Source: Octopus sinensis (taxonomy: Eukaryota). Taken from it: 64,000 bases of DNA. The translations under genes were made by a program, and so were the position numbers. Location of the stretch: NCBI RefSeq assembly GCF_006345805.1, contig NC_043000.1, positions 81,158,001 to 81,222,000 on the forward strand, written 5' to 3'. Positions 13,259 to 27,664 of the stretch are shown here, piece after piece (the first letter of the stretch is position 1; each line of letters starts with the position of its first letter). The notes beneath the pieces were generated by a model that did not search any database, was not told the DNA's origin, and saw only the letters and a list, made by a program, of their open reading frames with translations.

Positions 13259-15894
13259 TCATTATCATGTCTATCGCATCTCTCTTGTACATTACAGCTG
13301 ATGCTTCTAACACCCAGTTTTTCTCTCTCCATATTTGCATTCTATCATTCATGCATGCTGACATTAGACATCCAGCGAAGCATGCTTGTTTCATTTCTAT
13401 CCAGATTTTGCATATCCTCTTCATTGAATACTTGTGTTTTCACAATCATGTAATATCACACTGTAGACACAAACATCACACAGTTTGTCTATCAACCAAA
13501 AAAAAATACCTTAATTATTAACAGAACTAATAGATCCCTGCATTTTCCCCCCACTCCATTCTTATTCTAAGTATTATGACTGGGTTCTCAATAAAGAGTT
13601 TTTATCTACTCCAGTTCCACATATCAAGCATGGATTTTTCCCAGTTATGAGCAGAGTTCTGTTTTCTTTTCTGAAAACTAAGAAATTTTGTTTTCACTAA
13701 ATTGACCATTAGGCTTTTCAATTTTAGATCCTATTTCCAGTTTCAGAACTTTCTCTCAATTCTTTGGCTTATTTAACTAGATATGTGTTTCTCAAACATT
13801 CATTCCCTATAGACCCTTTTGATTCCTATTTTGCTCCATAGGTTCCCTGTAATCATTCAATGTTTAAAAAGACAAGCCTATTATATTTTTATCATTAAAT
13901 ATTTATTAGGAATTGAATGAAAAAGTTGATAAAATATTTTGTGTATGATAGACGTATAAGCAATTAATCGCACATAAATTTTAACTGTAAAATCTTATAT
14001 GGACCCCAGTAGAGGACCACTGGACTAGACCATCAAGATACAGGAGTTCTCAGACAGCCAGTCTTAAACTTTATTGTTATGGCCAGGTGGGCTATAATAA
14101 ACACCTGGATGTTAAATTCTTCCCTCAACTTATTGGTTGTCTCTCACTTTGCCTATAGTCTTTTTGTGTATGGCTCATAAGTCATTCTTCTACTCCCAGC
14201 TTTTATAGCAACCTGCAGACTATAGAGTGTGGTACCTTGTGAAAGATTTTCTCCTGATCAGTAAATGATTAGTTCTTGGTTAAGAAATTTTCTTATAGTT
14301 ATCTCATTAAGAAAAGTGCATTGGTGTTTCCTTATCCATGCACAAACCCAAACAGCATTTTATCATAGCTAGTTCTCTCCCTCTATGTGGTCAGTCAACT
14401 TGCTAAAAATATCAGCCAAATCTCCCTCAAATCATGGCTTATCTTCAATAAGGAAAACACTTATTGGATAATGTAGTCATTCTTTTGTTGTTCTACCAAA
14501 AGTATGCGTGGCTCCTGGTGAGCTCCTGAACATCCGCCATGTGTTTGTCATGGAATCTTTATTAAAGAAACTTAGGCAGTATTTCCTTTGCTTTCATCCA
14601 GGTATTTTTTACAGGATACTATCTTGTCTGCTTAATTCCTCTTACATGTCTGGGTACTTGTAATGAAAAACTCCAGAACAAATACCACGAAGCTGTGTAC
14701 TGTGATTTAACTATTCTACAAATCTACAATACCAGACAGGCAGAGGTACCTTGTTTTTTCTGAATCCCAGAAGGATACTAAGCAAAAATAACCTCAAAGT
14801 GGCTTGAACTCAGAACATAAAGAGCTGCAACAAACATGAGTTACTTTGATCTTCTGATATTTTAGTAATCCTACCAATTTGCTGCCTGACGTAGTTCTTT
14901 TATCTTTTTTTTTTTCTTTTTGCTGCTTTCATGGATTCTCATGACTCTCTGTCGCCATCCAATTCCATTATTATGAATCTTAACTGGGAGCTTGAGTTGT
15001 AGAAAGTCTTTCATAATAGCTGATTATACAACAAAGGACACTAACATTATGGATGCATTGCAGTTACTCTCTTGATAGAACTTAATGATCCTAACAGTTG
15101 ATCTTCTGGGACTCCTCTGTTCAGCATCAATACAAGAAGCACTGTTGGCTCAGTGGAGTTCTTCCTCTACCTCTTCACAATCTGCCATGCTGCAGTCTCA
15201 TGACTTCACTGTAGCCCTATCAAGGTGGCTGAACAGGTGCTATGCCTTGCCAAAGGGCAGCCCATAACTATGCAGGGCATGGTCATTACTCTGTGAGGTA
15301 TTTTCAAAATACCTGTATACCCTAAGTTCTCCTTATCATCCCTAAAAGAAGATGGCATGATCATCGCTAGAGCATCTTCAGTCATAGATAAATCAGTTCA
15401 TTCACTATTGATAGGAGTGTTACACAAATGGAATCAAATATATTTATGGATCCCACCTAGTGGAGAGGTTCAGCTGAGCATACTAGGTACCACAGATGTG
15501 TTCAATTAGAGCTGGTCTGGAGCTACCCAGAACAACAACGACAACACTGTTAAATATGAGCATCAACCACATTGATTTAATGAGTCTGGGAGAGTCTACA
15601 AATGTCACAGGTGCTCATTATCTCTCCTACAACTAATTAATTGTTTCTTTAATCAGTATTGGTGGAGAAGAGGAAGAAGAAAGAGACCAAATCTGCATTA
15701 TCATCAATTCAGATACAAAAACAAAACAAAAATGATTTTTCAAAATCTTTAAATGGAATATTTCATTTTTATTATTTGTGAAATGTTTTAACACTCCCAT
15801 CTCCCATCACCACAACAAAAATAAAATATAATAAAATAAAATAAATAACCACAAAAGAAATAATACTCAAAATCATAAGACCTTAGCACTAATG

Positions 15895-15948
<54 letters not shown>

Positions 15949-16736
15949 TAATAGATATTGATTAGAGAGTAGTTTCTAGTTTATCAAATACTGACAAGAT
16001 CTGTTTATAGATTATGCAAAATATCACACTGTAATTTTAAAATAATTCTCAGTTCAATATTTTATTATAGTCTTCCTTACCACACTTCTCCTCCCCTCCT
16101 CTTCCTCCTCCTCCTCCTCCACCACCACCACCACCACCACTACCACCATCATCATCATCATTATTGATGTTATTAATCCATCAATGTATGATATTATATA
16201 AGCTGGAATTTTCAACATAGATTTTACTAAAACTTTGATTTACTTCACAAACTCATTAATATGTTTATTACATTTTTATTTGTCAAGCACAAAGTGCTTT
16301 CCACACCAATGACTTTGTTTGTTTGTTTGTTTTTGTTTAATTAAAACCGAATAAATATGATCTCTCAAGATTGAGAAAATATATTTTTATTGTTGTTGTT
16401 TGCTATTATGAAGGTGTGTAGCCTAGTGGTCAGGGTTTTGGGCTTATGAGTTCGATCTCATGAGTTCAATTTCTGGGCCAGATGGTGCATTGTGTCCCAT
16501 ATGGTTGGGAAGCAAAGTTCTTAACCACACAGCCATACTTGCATTTTATTAGTCATTCCCTATGCCCAATTCAATGATTGCAGGAAGAGATGCAAGTTGT
16601 AATGCAGTGGTAGGAGCAGTGAATATGCTTGTAGCCCACTTTTCAAAACACAAAGACAATTTATTCCAGAAGAAAAACTGAATAAAGAATAATTAAACAA
16701 GTTATGAACACAGCTATTAATATAAACAATTGTATT

Positions 16737-16953
16737 AAGGTCATGAGCTGGCAGAATCATTAGCACACTGGGAAAACTGCTTACCAGCAATTTGTATGTC
16801 TTTACATTTTGAGTTAAAATTCTGTCAAGGTTGACTTTGCTTTTTGTCCTTTCAGGGATCAATAAAATCAGTACTAGTTGAGCACTGGGGTGAATGTAAC
16901 AAAAACTTTACCATCCCCAAATTGCTGGCCTTGTGCCAAAATTTGAAATCAAT
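16737..16953 (+). mobile_element. SINE-A
   Basis: aaggtcatgagctggcagaatcattagc...ggccttgtgccaaaatttgaaatc. Confidence 0.85.
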
Positions 16954-17629
16954 ATAAACAAAAAAAAAGGGAAAATGCATTAAAAATGTAAATTTAAGTG
17001 GCAATAATAAATATAATAAAATACCAAGAGCAAAATAGTAATGAATCTTTTACAGAGAACCTAAACATGGATTGACCCTAAATGAATGGAAAAATCAAAC
17101 GAGAGGTATATCACCAAAGTGAATGCTTCCTTGAGTGAGAAATCTATCAAAGGAAGTGATATATCACCAGTTTTCAAAAGACAATGTGACTTCCATATTC
17201 CTTTGAAAGTGTTGGCTGATATGTGACAGGATGTATACTTTCTTGATGGGGGAAGGGGATACAGAAATATATATCAGTTACTTAAAACTAAGGATTAGAA
17301 GAAAAGTGAGGCAGAGATCATGCTCTACATAAGTTGTGCCACATGTTGTTTCTGTATGGTTCCACAGTACAAGAACAGCAGAAACAAGAGGATCATAGCC
17401 TACAAGCATAGTGTTTGTCTAGCCTTGGCTTGTAGTCATCTTTACAGCACAATGCAGCTATATTGGAAGCGAAGTGATGACCTACAACAATATGCATTCA
17501 TGGTGGAGTTTGCAAGGATATCTAGATCCTGATCACCTGAAAAGACCAACAAGTTATTTTGAAGTTATACACCAGTGTGAGAAAAGACAAGGGGTGTAAG
17601 GCATGGATTAAGTTTCTAAAATAGATTCT

Positions 17630-18240
17630 TTATTCTTTTACTTGTTTCAGCCTTAAATTCTTTGCTAAATAAATCAATCCCAGTACATAAGGGTTTTCTT
17701 TTTTTTTTCAAGCCTGGTACTCATTCTATTGGTGTTCTTTGCTGAACTACTAAGTAACAGGGACGTGAACACACCAGCACCAGTTGTTAAGCAGTGGTAG
17801 GTGGGAACAAACACAGACACAAAGACACACATACAGATATATGTACATATATGTGTGCCAATGCTGCCTGACTGGCCCTTGTGCTGGTGGCACATAAAAA
17901 GCACCCACTACACTCTTAGAGTAGTTGGCATTAGGAGGGGCGTAGAAACCTTGCTAGATCAGATTGGGGCCTGGTGCAGCCTCCTGTCTTGCCAGTCGTC
18001 AGTCAAACCATTCAACCCGTGTCAGCATGGAAAGTGGGTGTTAAATGATGATGATGATGATGATATATACAGAACAGGCTTGCTTCAGTTTTCATCTACT
18101 AAAACCACCAACAAGGATTTGGTCAGCCTGAGACTATAGTAGAAGACACTTGCCCAAGATGCCATGCAGCTGGAGTGAATCCAGAACCATGTGGTTGGGA
18201 AGCAAGCTTCTTACCTGACAGTCACACCTGCACCTATAGA
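17630..18240 (-). mobile_element. CORE-type SINE-B split by an oppositely oriented RTE-tail fragment (17860-18065, +)
   Basis: Tail and body at 17630-17830, head at 18075-18240; the insert carries gttggcattaggaggggcgt...(GAT)n. Confidence 0.7.
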
Positions 18241-19832
18241 AAAATTTCAGGTATTACTTTGGTCCAATAGTAGAACATCTGTCATGCTTACAGATGTTGG
18301 ATCAAGTCCCATGAGCAGCATTTGACTTTACTTATCCAAAAAGCTTTTAACCCAATATTTACTTGCTATTATTTATAGCTTTATTTGTTTTGAAATTCAT
18401 AATTCCTAAAAAGAATTATTTCATGTTCTTGAATTTTCTAAATTCCTATGACATCAGCAATATATATGTGTGTGTTTGTGTACGTATGCTAGTTTAGTAC
18501 ATTTATGTGATACACTAAGCATGTTTTGAGAAGCCAGATTTAAAGGTGAAATCTCAACCACTATTATTTGTCAATATTATATGAGTGTAGTTGCATACAT
18601 GTGTGAACGTGTGTCATGTATACACATGCACACACAAATACTTACATGCATGCAAGAATGTGTGTGTGTGCGTGCATGACATTTTTACTTTTAGCATCCA
18701 TCAACAACCTAATCTTTTATCATCTTAATGTGCCCCTACCATTGCTCCCCTTCACGCTGAGTCTATGCTCTTCCTCCACCCCATAAAACATGGCTTAACA
18801 TTCCCTTTGATTATTATAAGTTATAAGATGAACACTGTTTCATGCATAATTGCACATAAAATTTACAGTTTAGTTCACAGGTAATTTGCTTGTATATAGA
18901 TTAAGTATCTTGGTTATTCTATTCTTAGGCTGAGTAATTCTGTTTCTTTGAGCATTTCTATATATGGACTCACTACCACCAAAGACTAGATTGCTGGTTG
19001 TACTTCTGGACTACGTTCCTAGACATTCTGTCTGACAGTTCATTCAAAGTCTTTCATTGATTCTATTTACAACTCAAAGGGTTAAAACCTAAGAGTTTTT
19101 ACTAATTCATTATGTTTGTTTATAGATTTTTGTAGATTGGGATATGATGTTATTGTAAATGGGTGGTGTCAGCAGTTTTAATCAAGCACTTCATTATAGA
19201 ATATTTTTCTTATCTGCAACTAGTTTTGATCGGTTGGCTCTTCAATAAACAGATTGTTTACAATTTATAATTATTATGTTAGAGTAAATAGCAGGGGGAA
19301 AGTGAGGTTAGCTGTGTTGAAATATCAAACTATTACTACACTATATTAAAATTATCATGTTGACATACAGTCCTTGGACTTGAAAGAGAAAGGGCAAGAG
19401 AGAGAGAGAAAGGTTTCACACAGCCAGACAGCTTCTGCATAGTTGCTCAGCCTGCTAGATATAGCTGTCAAATTTCTCTCAAACCAGACCCAGTTGTCCA
19501 AGAGAAAATGGGAATGGGGGAGGTCTCTGCAAATAGGAGAAAGACAGTATGATCAAGGCTAGAATGTCTTTCATCACCAGACTGATTGATTATGGTTGAC
19601 CTGGGGCTAAACAATAATTAATCGGAAAAGCATAGCTGATGATTATGATTTTGTTGTACCACACAGGTCAGCCTTGACTGAGAAAGAGAGGGTGCAGGCT
19701 TTTAAATATCGGGGACCCTCTAAATGGTCTCTTGACCTACAAGAATTAGCAGGCAAACCTCATTCAAATCTATCATCTTAGTAAAAAAGAAGGAGATATT
19801 AGACAATGTAGATGAAATTAAATATGTGAGCA

Positions 19833-20170
19833 CAGACATGACTGTGTGGTAAGAAGTTTGCTTCCCAACCACATGGTTCCAGGCTCAGTCCCATTGTGTG
19901 GCACCTTGGGGTATTCTAGCCTTGTGAGTGAATTTGATGAATGGAAACTGAGAGAAGTCCATTATATCTATGTGTGTGTGTTTGTCGCCCACTGTTGCAT
20001 GTCAACTGGTGTGTTTATGTCCCCATAACTTAGTGGTTCAGCAAAAAATATCAATAGAATAAGTATTAGGCTATAAAAATGTTCTGGGGTCGATATGTTT
20101 GACTAAGACTCCTTTAAAGCAGTTCCCCAGCATGACTGAAATAAGTAGAAAAAAGAAAAAGAAAAAGATA
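19833..20170 (+). mobile_element. CORE-type SINE-B with CR1-like tail
   Basis: tRNA-like head (gtgtggtaagaag...ggctcagtccc), ggcaccttggg CORE-like segment, (GT)n spacer, tail ccccagcatgactgaaataagta. Confidence 0.8.
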
Positions 20171-20254
20171 CAAAAAGATTGGATAATCCTTGATGGAATG
20201 CCTTTTGTTGTGTCTGCTCAATAAGAGCTGACCTGGAGCTTAAATGAATTTCTA

Positions 20255-20460
20255 ATTTAGGCACAAGGTCAGCAGTTTTGATAGAGGGTTTTAGTCAGTA
20301 ATATTTACTCCAGCACCTGACTAGTACTTAATATTACCGAGTTTGTAAGAAATGAAAGGTAGAGCTGACCTCAGCTGTGTTTGAACAACAAACATAAAGA
20401 ACTGCAACAAAAAATACTGCAAAGTATTTCGTTCAATGTTCTAACGATTCGGCCAGTTCA
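20255..20460 (-). mobile_element. SINE-A (diverged)
   Basis: ggcacaaggtcagc...ctaacgattcggccagttc is the reverse complement of the consensus. Confidence 0.7.
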
Positions 20461-21132
20461 GAAGTTAAAGTAACGACAAGGTAATGATTGAAGCCACCTG
20501 ACACTTTGTTATCAGAGCATGATATAACAGAGTTACACAATGGTTTCGGTGTAATTGTAGATATCAGGTGAACCAAACTTTTATCTTATTACAAGTTTCA
20601 AGAACAAAAAGAATTCAACCTTGTTTTGATGTATATTGTATTACACAATGAATGTAATTAAACTCTGTATTTTATTCTTTTCTTTTATGTTGTCAAGAGG
20701 TGCACAGATGATGAAATAACTTAAGTTCATGAACTTTTCCCTACTTCCTATTTGTATGCTCACTCAGACAATCATTCGTTTCTTTGGAATCTACTGTTTC
20801 ACTCTGCTATTTTGTTTTAAATCAGTGATATGCTATCTTAAGCTTTGTTTCTTTCAAAGAAGCCAGTGTTTATTTTCTTAACTTATATATGAACACTAAA
20901 TTTAGAATATAGCTTCTTTCTTATAGTACTGTAGTTTTACTATCTTTCATGGCGTGCTGAGTAAACCAAATTTTATTTATTCCTCTCTTTCCTTCTCAAT
21001 GGCTGTGTACTCTGTAGAAATGTGTTTTGCTTTGAAACACATGTTATTTATTTTTTTACCAACTTGTGTGAAACAGGTCTGTTACAGCAACCTATTTTTT
21101 CTTTCATTAATTGTTCTGTTTACATATGCTAT

Positions 21133-21292
<160 letters not shown>

Positions 21293-21686
21293 CATTACCC
21301 AGCTTACATTTCTTGCCAATTGGGACTTCTTGGATACTTGTTTGAGTCATTTGTGTGTATGAATTCATTTAGCATAATTAACACTGCTATAAAAAGCAAT
21401 GTATGTGTCAACTTTCTCGTATCAATTCCTACCATGTACGCTTGTGTTTTAATATTTATATTTCCCAGTTTTTTACCTTAATTATATTTTTTGTCAAATC
21501 TGTGACTGTTCAAGTTATATAATTTCTCTAAAATTTTTCCAATTCTTTTTTCTATAAATGTAATTCTATGAAGAATTAATTGTTTCTTTATAAACATAAT
21601 TAGTTCTTTATAGAACTAATTAGGTTTTAATTAATAAAAAAAAAAGCTGTTTCTCTCACAAATATTCCTCACGGTAATAATATGTG

Positions 21687-21863
21687 CAGTGGTTCTCAGA
21701 TATTTTGGTTTCATGTCACAGTGGAGACCAAATATAAATGTAACTGGAGTATTTTCACATGAGTGTTCTTAAACATTAATTCAAAAGCTACAAATTATGT
21801 TTTGAAATGCCACAGCACATCTAAATAAATATATCCTTGTGGGGTACCATTTGAGAAACATTG
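21687..21863. mobile_element. hAT/Charlie-like MITE
   Basis: Starts cagtggttctca and ends ttgagaaacattg (inverted termini of CAGTGGTTCTCAA type). Confidence 0.55.
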
Positions 21864-21871
21864 GTATAGAG

Positions 21872-24042
21872 CAGTGTTTCATATGAAAGTGGCCAACTTT
21901 CCTGGAGTGTGTCCAAATATTGAAAAGGGGGTGGACAAATTGTCATGTTTAGTCAAATTTAGATGTTGCCATGCTTGATAAAACGTCGGTGGTTTCTCAA
22001 CTTTTTTAAACTTGTTCGATAACATGGTGAAGAAAGTAGGACATACTGACACAAGTGTTCCCCCACTCCAACATCTTTTTCCTTATAACTTCCAGAAAAA
22101 TTGATATTTTTAATGAAATTTTCTGCAAATACCTTCAGATGGTGTAGATTGTGATTATATTGGAATTTGCAGATGGAGAGAGGAGTTTCCGAAAATTCAC
22201 ATGAGTCATTTTTGTTTCCCTATAACTTGTAGAAAAATGAGTATTCTTTTAATGAAATATTCTACAAATATCTTTCAGAGTGTACATATTACAATTATAT
22301 TGGAATTTGATATGGGAAAAATAAATAAATAAATAAATAAATAAATGGTGAGCTCACACACATACATACTGACACACTTCACTTATCTACAAAATGTAAC
22401 TTGAAATTTCTGAAAAAAATTGTGATGTGTTAGTTTGTATGTGTGTGTACCCAGCAATTTTATTTTTCACTTTAAACTCTGAAAAAATTGTGTATAATGG
22501 GACCACTGCATTTTATAGTGGCCCTCTCAAATATGCCCTCAAATGCCCGGATAGCCACTCTGGCAAGCTATGCTGATGATATGAAATTCTCACAGAAAAT
22601 ACAGAACCCCAGCGATGTTACACACCTGCAGCAGGAGTTGGTCTCAATTTACAGATGGGCTGAGGATAATAATATGCAGTTTAATGCTGAAAAATTCCAG
22701 ACCCTGTGCTACTGAATATTAAACCTACATCCAAAACTGAATATTAAACCTACAAGGTACACCGGTCCAGAGGGAATTTCAATCCCAGAGTCTAAGTCAG
22801 TGAGGGACCTGGGTATCGACATGAGTGATGATACCTCTTTCCAAGTGCACATTACCAGGATGGCGACAAAGTGCAGACAACTAGCTGGATGGATCCTATG
22901 AACATTCAGAACCAGAGATAAGGAAACCATGATGGTCCTCTGGCAGACATTCATCCTCAGCCACCTGAATTACTGCTCACAGCTATGGTCACCCACCAGT
23001 GTGAGATTAACAGCAGACCTTGAAGCAATCCAGAGAAGATTCACAAAGAAGATCGTCTCTTTGTAACAGCTCAGCTACTGGGAAAGGTTGAAACAGCTAA
23101 GACTCTACTCCCTGGAGAGAAGCCGGGAGAGGTATGCAGTAATGTATATCTGGAGGATACTGGAAGGAATTGTGCCAAATTTTGGCATTGAAAGCTACAC
23201 CAATGCCAGAACGGGACGACACTGCTTAGTGCCAAAGATTCCAGCAATGCCATCACACTTCAGGACCAGTTACTGCAACAGCCTGGGTTTCAAGGGCCCA
23301 CAGCTTTTTAATATTCTCCAAAAAGTCTGAGAAACTTGCACAAAGTAGATGTAAGGGTTTTTAAATCAAAGCTGGACCTCTTCCTGTCAAGAGTCCCAGA
23401 TGAGCCTACCTCACGGCAAGAGGTGCAAATGAAGGTAGCTATATCAAACTCCATTCTTCATCAAGTGCCACATATTAGAGGAGGCTCCTAGTAATAACAG
23501 TGTAGCGCAAAACGGCAGTGCATCAGCATGGCCGCAGCTCTGAGCTGAAACTTTAAATAAAAAGAAAAATCCTGATTTACACCATCTGAAAAGTATTTGT
23601 AAAAAATTTCCTAAAAAGAAAGCACTCGTTTTTCTGAAAGTTATAAGGAACCAAAGCTGACTCATGTGAATTTTTCAAAACTTCTCTCCCTACCCTCGGA
23701 TAAAATGTTTCACAACTGATTCTGATATAATCTGTATCTATGCCATTTGAAGCATATTTCATTTTAAAATATCTATTTTTCTGGAAGTTATGAGGAAACA
23801 AAATCAGGGTGGGGGCAGAATTGTGTAGATATGCTGAAAGAATTATATGGATGTTAACTATAATTTCTTTCTGAGTTCAACTTCCATCAAGGTCGATTTT
23901 GTCTTTCACCCTTTTGGTGTCAATAAAATAAGTACCAGTTGAACACTGGAGTCGATGTAATTGACTTAATCCCTTCCCTAAAATTGCTAGTTTCATACCA
24001 AAAGTGGGTGGGTCTTAGTATTTCTCAGTTTGAGAACCACCG
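21872..24042. mobile_element. Putative hAT-like TIR element containing long inverted arms, a CR1-group LINE and a SINE
   Basis: cagtgtttc at 21872 (an alternative left end cggtggtttctcaa lies at 21987) and ttgagaaccaccg at 24030-24042. Flanks are gtatagag (21864-21871) and gtataaag (24043-24050). Inverted arms lie at ~22075-22320 and ~23565-23810. Confidence 0.45.
22499..23569 (+). mobile_element. 5'-truncated CR1/L2-group LINE (RT C-terminal half plus 3' tail)
   Basis: GPLHF...SYADDMKF...WAEDNNMQFNAEKF...VRDLGI...LNYCSQLWSP...LEAIQRRFTK...YWERLKQLRLYSLERSRER...FKSKLDLFLSRVPDEP...SNSI. Has stops and a 25-bp internal tandem duplication near 22715. Confidence 0.92.
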
Positions 24043-25236
24043 GTATAAAGTAACTTCAGCAAACAAAAATGCAATTTTGTTTTTTCAATGCATCTAGATT
24101 GAACAATTCCTTTTCTCTGTTTTTTAAACCTTTATTTCAGAAAATATCTCATTGACAGGACTTACAGTTTGATTTCTTAACAATAAAAGCTTAACATTTT
24201 GTTTCTAAGATGCATGGAACTGGGCAATGCTATTTTAATTCATAAACCTAGAAGAATAGCAAGTTGTTTGGTTATATGTTATCCCTGTATGACCTACAGA
24301 TTTTCAGTAGTGACTGCAATTTAGATCCTGTCACAGTATATCTAGGAATACAAGATACAGTGTTTCCTTTTTTAAAAAAAATAAAGTGTGATTTGACTCA
24401 GATTTGGACACCATTCCTAGCATGCCCAGTGACCAGATGCTGCTTTGTTTTTAATTGTGGCAGCAAATATATGAAGGAAGGAAGGAAAGAAAGAATAAAA
24501 AAAAATTCATATGCTGGAGGATAGTTCAGTAGTTTAACCTCCTCAGATTAATTCTATGGCCAAAGATATTCCACCCGTGACCATCCAATTTTTTTTCTAT
24601 TACGAATATATATTCTGTGTACACACACTCACACATATACATGTATGATATATATAACTAAGGCAAAAATCTTCTCTGGCAAATCTGGAATCAGACTGCA
24701 AACAGATAAGATAAAATGCTGAATTCTCCTAGTTTGGCATCTTACCATTATTTTTCCCAATTCAACAGTCTTGAAATGAGAGAGAGAGGAAGACTGTTGG
24801 CAATATCATATGCTATTGTATTTACAAAGGAAGAGGCATTGGATAGTATAGTCTTATATATACACATATAGAACTACATTGTCTAATATGTCCTTCCTTT
24901 GTGAAGAGAACAGTTTGTGATTTGATAGAGATTTAGCTGATATTTCTGACATATTGTCTCGCTCTTTGACCAAACTAGAAGAATTGTTGTAGTTTTATCT
25001 TTCTGCAGTATGATTCCAAATTTGCAAGTGAAGATTTTGCCTTTTATCTTTTTGGGCAGCCAATAAAATAACTCAAGAGAGGCTCAGGAGCACACGTGAC
25101 TTTTCCAGCATCTCAGTTTTATCATTGCCCTCCACCCCACCCATTTTATTTTGACAAATATAAAAAAAAATTGTGTGTATATATGTATTTCTTCATTTTT
25201 CTCTCTCTTTTTAGAGAGGAGCATACACATACTTAC

Positions 25237-25271
25237 GGTGGTTTTTAGAAACATGAGGTTTTATTCTATAC
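25237..25271 (-). CDS. Candidate 35-nt exon (YRIKPHVSKNH)
   Basis: Minus-strand ctctttaag acceptor and gtaagt donor. Confidence 0.2.
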
Positions 25272-26664
25272 CTTAAAGAGTTTTCAAGCAAACATTTTGA
25301 ATAATAAATCTTAATTCATATTTCTATCTTATTTCATTACTTATACATATAGCCGCTTTGTGTATGAAGGTCAGAGCATTTGTCTTATGATCATAAAGTC
25401 AAGAGTTTAATTCCTGGGCTGTATGGCATATTGTGACCTTGAGCAAGGCACTTCATCTCATATTGCTCAACTAGTTCATTTAACTGTAAATGACTACCAA
25501 CTAGGTGCTTGTGCAATCCTCCCTCTTCTTTTAGCTGTCCCATCCCAGATGTTCCACTGGGTTGAGCATGATGAAGCCAAGAGGATGTCTGGGTCTACTC
25601 ATTACTACATTGGCATGCAAAATAAATAGTGGAAGCTTGGTACATATTACCAAATCATACTCACTTATGAGTGATAATTAGCTGCGCTCCCTACCCAGCT
25701 TGTGTACTCCCATAAATTTCTCATTTGTATAAGATATATTATTACAATTTTCCTTTAATAACAACTAATATTCAACCATCAATAAGTCTATAATTATGCT
25801 TTATGTACATCCACACATTATCTCTGCTTTCTTTACATAAATAAATATAATTAATATTCCCTTAATTATCAGAGGTTATTAATAGCTAATTAATAGTCCC
25901 TATTTATTATTACTGTGACAACACTCCATTTTGAATTATAGCAATCCATGATGCAGAATATCCTGGTCTACCTCGTATCTATTTAACTAACTGGGTTTTA
26001 TGGTAATACCAGAGATATTTCATATTACAATTACATTGACATCTATGATGCTTAAGAGGAATATCATATTGACCTTGGTACTTCACTACAATTTTTATTG
26101 ACCGCAGAAGAAATGAAAGGTATAGTCTCCTTTGGTGGAATTTAATCTAGATACAGCTGGTAGTTTGTCCTGCTTACTGGAGTTTATTCAATCTATTCTA
26201 CCAATATATCTATAATAGGTTAGTTATTGCACTTATTGATTTAGTTTTCTCCTACAGTAGAAATCTAAAACCTGCATCTAACAACTTTGAAATTTGTTTC
26301 CGTAGTAAGGAATTATTTGTATCAGTCTATGAGATTTTGTCATTATTTAATCCTCCTAAAGAGGCTGACTTTATCTATCTTTTTAACAAGGTTTTGTGTA
26401 TATAGATTATTTAATATATATTTTAATTCACTACTGTTACTACTGTCATGTCCACAGAAGACTTGTCATTTAGAATTATTTGTATCATATGCTTAGAAGA
26501 GAATTGGTACCTGTTGATTCCTCACTACAAGTTTCCTTTAACTATATTTAGTTTTATAAATTTAAGTATTAAAGTATCACTCAAGCACTGGGATTAATGG
26601 TAATGACTAACTATTCTCACAAAGTTGTTGGTCTTGTGCATTATTTAAAAACCATAATTATAAA

Positions 26665-27025
26665 GTGCAGGTGTAGCTATGTAGTAAGCAGCTTGCTTCC
26701 CAATTATATTGTTCTAGGTTCAGTCCCACTGCATGGTACCTTGGACAAGTGTCTTCTAATATATCCACAGGCTGATAAAAGCTTTGTGAGTGGATTTGGT
26801 TGACAGAAACTGAAAGAATCCCAGTGTGTGTGTGTATATATATATGTGTGTGTGTGTGTGTGTATGTATGTGTCTGTATATATATTTATGTGTGTGTGTT
26901 TTTGTGTTTGTCACCTCCACCATTGATTGACAACTGATGTTGGTGTGTTTACACCCCTGTAACTTAGCGGTTCAGCAAAAAAAACAAAAAACAGATAGAA
27001 TAAGTGTTAGGCTTACAAAAAACAA
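26665..27025 (+). mobile_element. CORE-type SINE-B
   Basis: ggttcagtcccactgcatggtaccttggacaagtgtcttc...cttagcggttcagcaaaa. Confidence 0.8.
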
Positions 27026-27377
27026 TGTAATGACTAACTATCCACTTCAAAGTTGTTGGTCTTGTGTATTATTTAGAAACCATCATTATTATGGTTATTA
27101 TTATTTATTGTCTTTGCACAGCTTCTAATGCTGGAGATGTTCAACAGTGCCAGCTGTTCACTATCAGGGAACTAAGCTAACAGCCCCTATTTTTCAAGCA
27201 CCATCTGGTGTATTTGAGCAGTTCCAAGCAGTGCTCTTTTCTGCAAGTGCTCCACCCTTATTACACCCACTATTTATTCCATGTAGTTTATTGCACCCCC
27301 TATATGTTCCATGTACTTTATTGCAACCCCTATTTGTTCCATGTACTACTACTATTATTATTATTATTATTATTATT

Positions 27378-27595
27378 AAGGCATTGAACTGGTAGAATCA
27401 TTAGCACTCTGGCCAAAATGTTTAGCAGTATCTCATCTGTTGCTATGTTCTGAGTTCAAGTACTGCTGAGGTTGATTTTGCCTTTCATCCTTTTGGGGGT
27501 TGATAAATTAAATACCAGTGAAATACTGGGGTCGATGTAATCGACTATACCCCTCCCCCAAATTTCAGGCCTTGTGCCTATATTAGAAAGGATTA

Positions 27596-27643
<48 letters not shown>

Positions 27644-27660
27644 TATTATTATTATTATTC
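27378..27660 (+). mobile_element. SINE-A with long (ATT)n tail that abuts the Dong-type element
   Basis: Full-length copy with (ATT)n on both sides. Confidence 0.88.
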
Positions 27661-27664
27661 ATTA

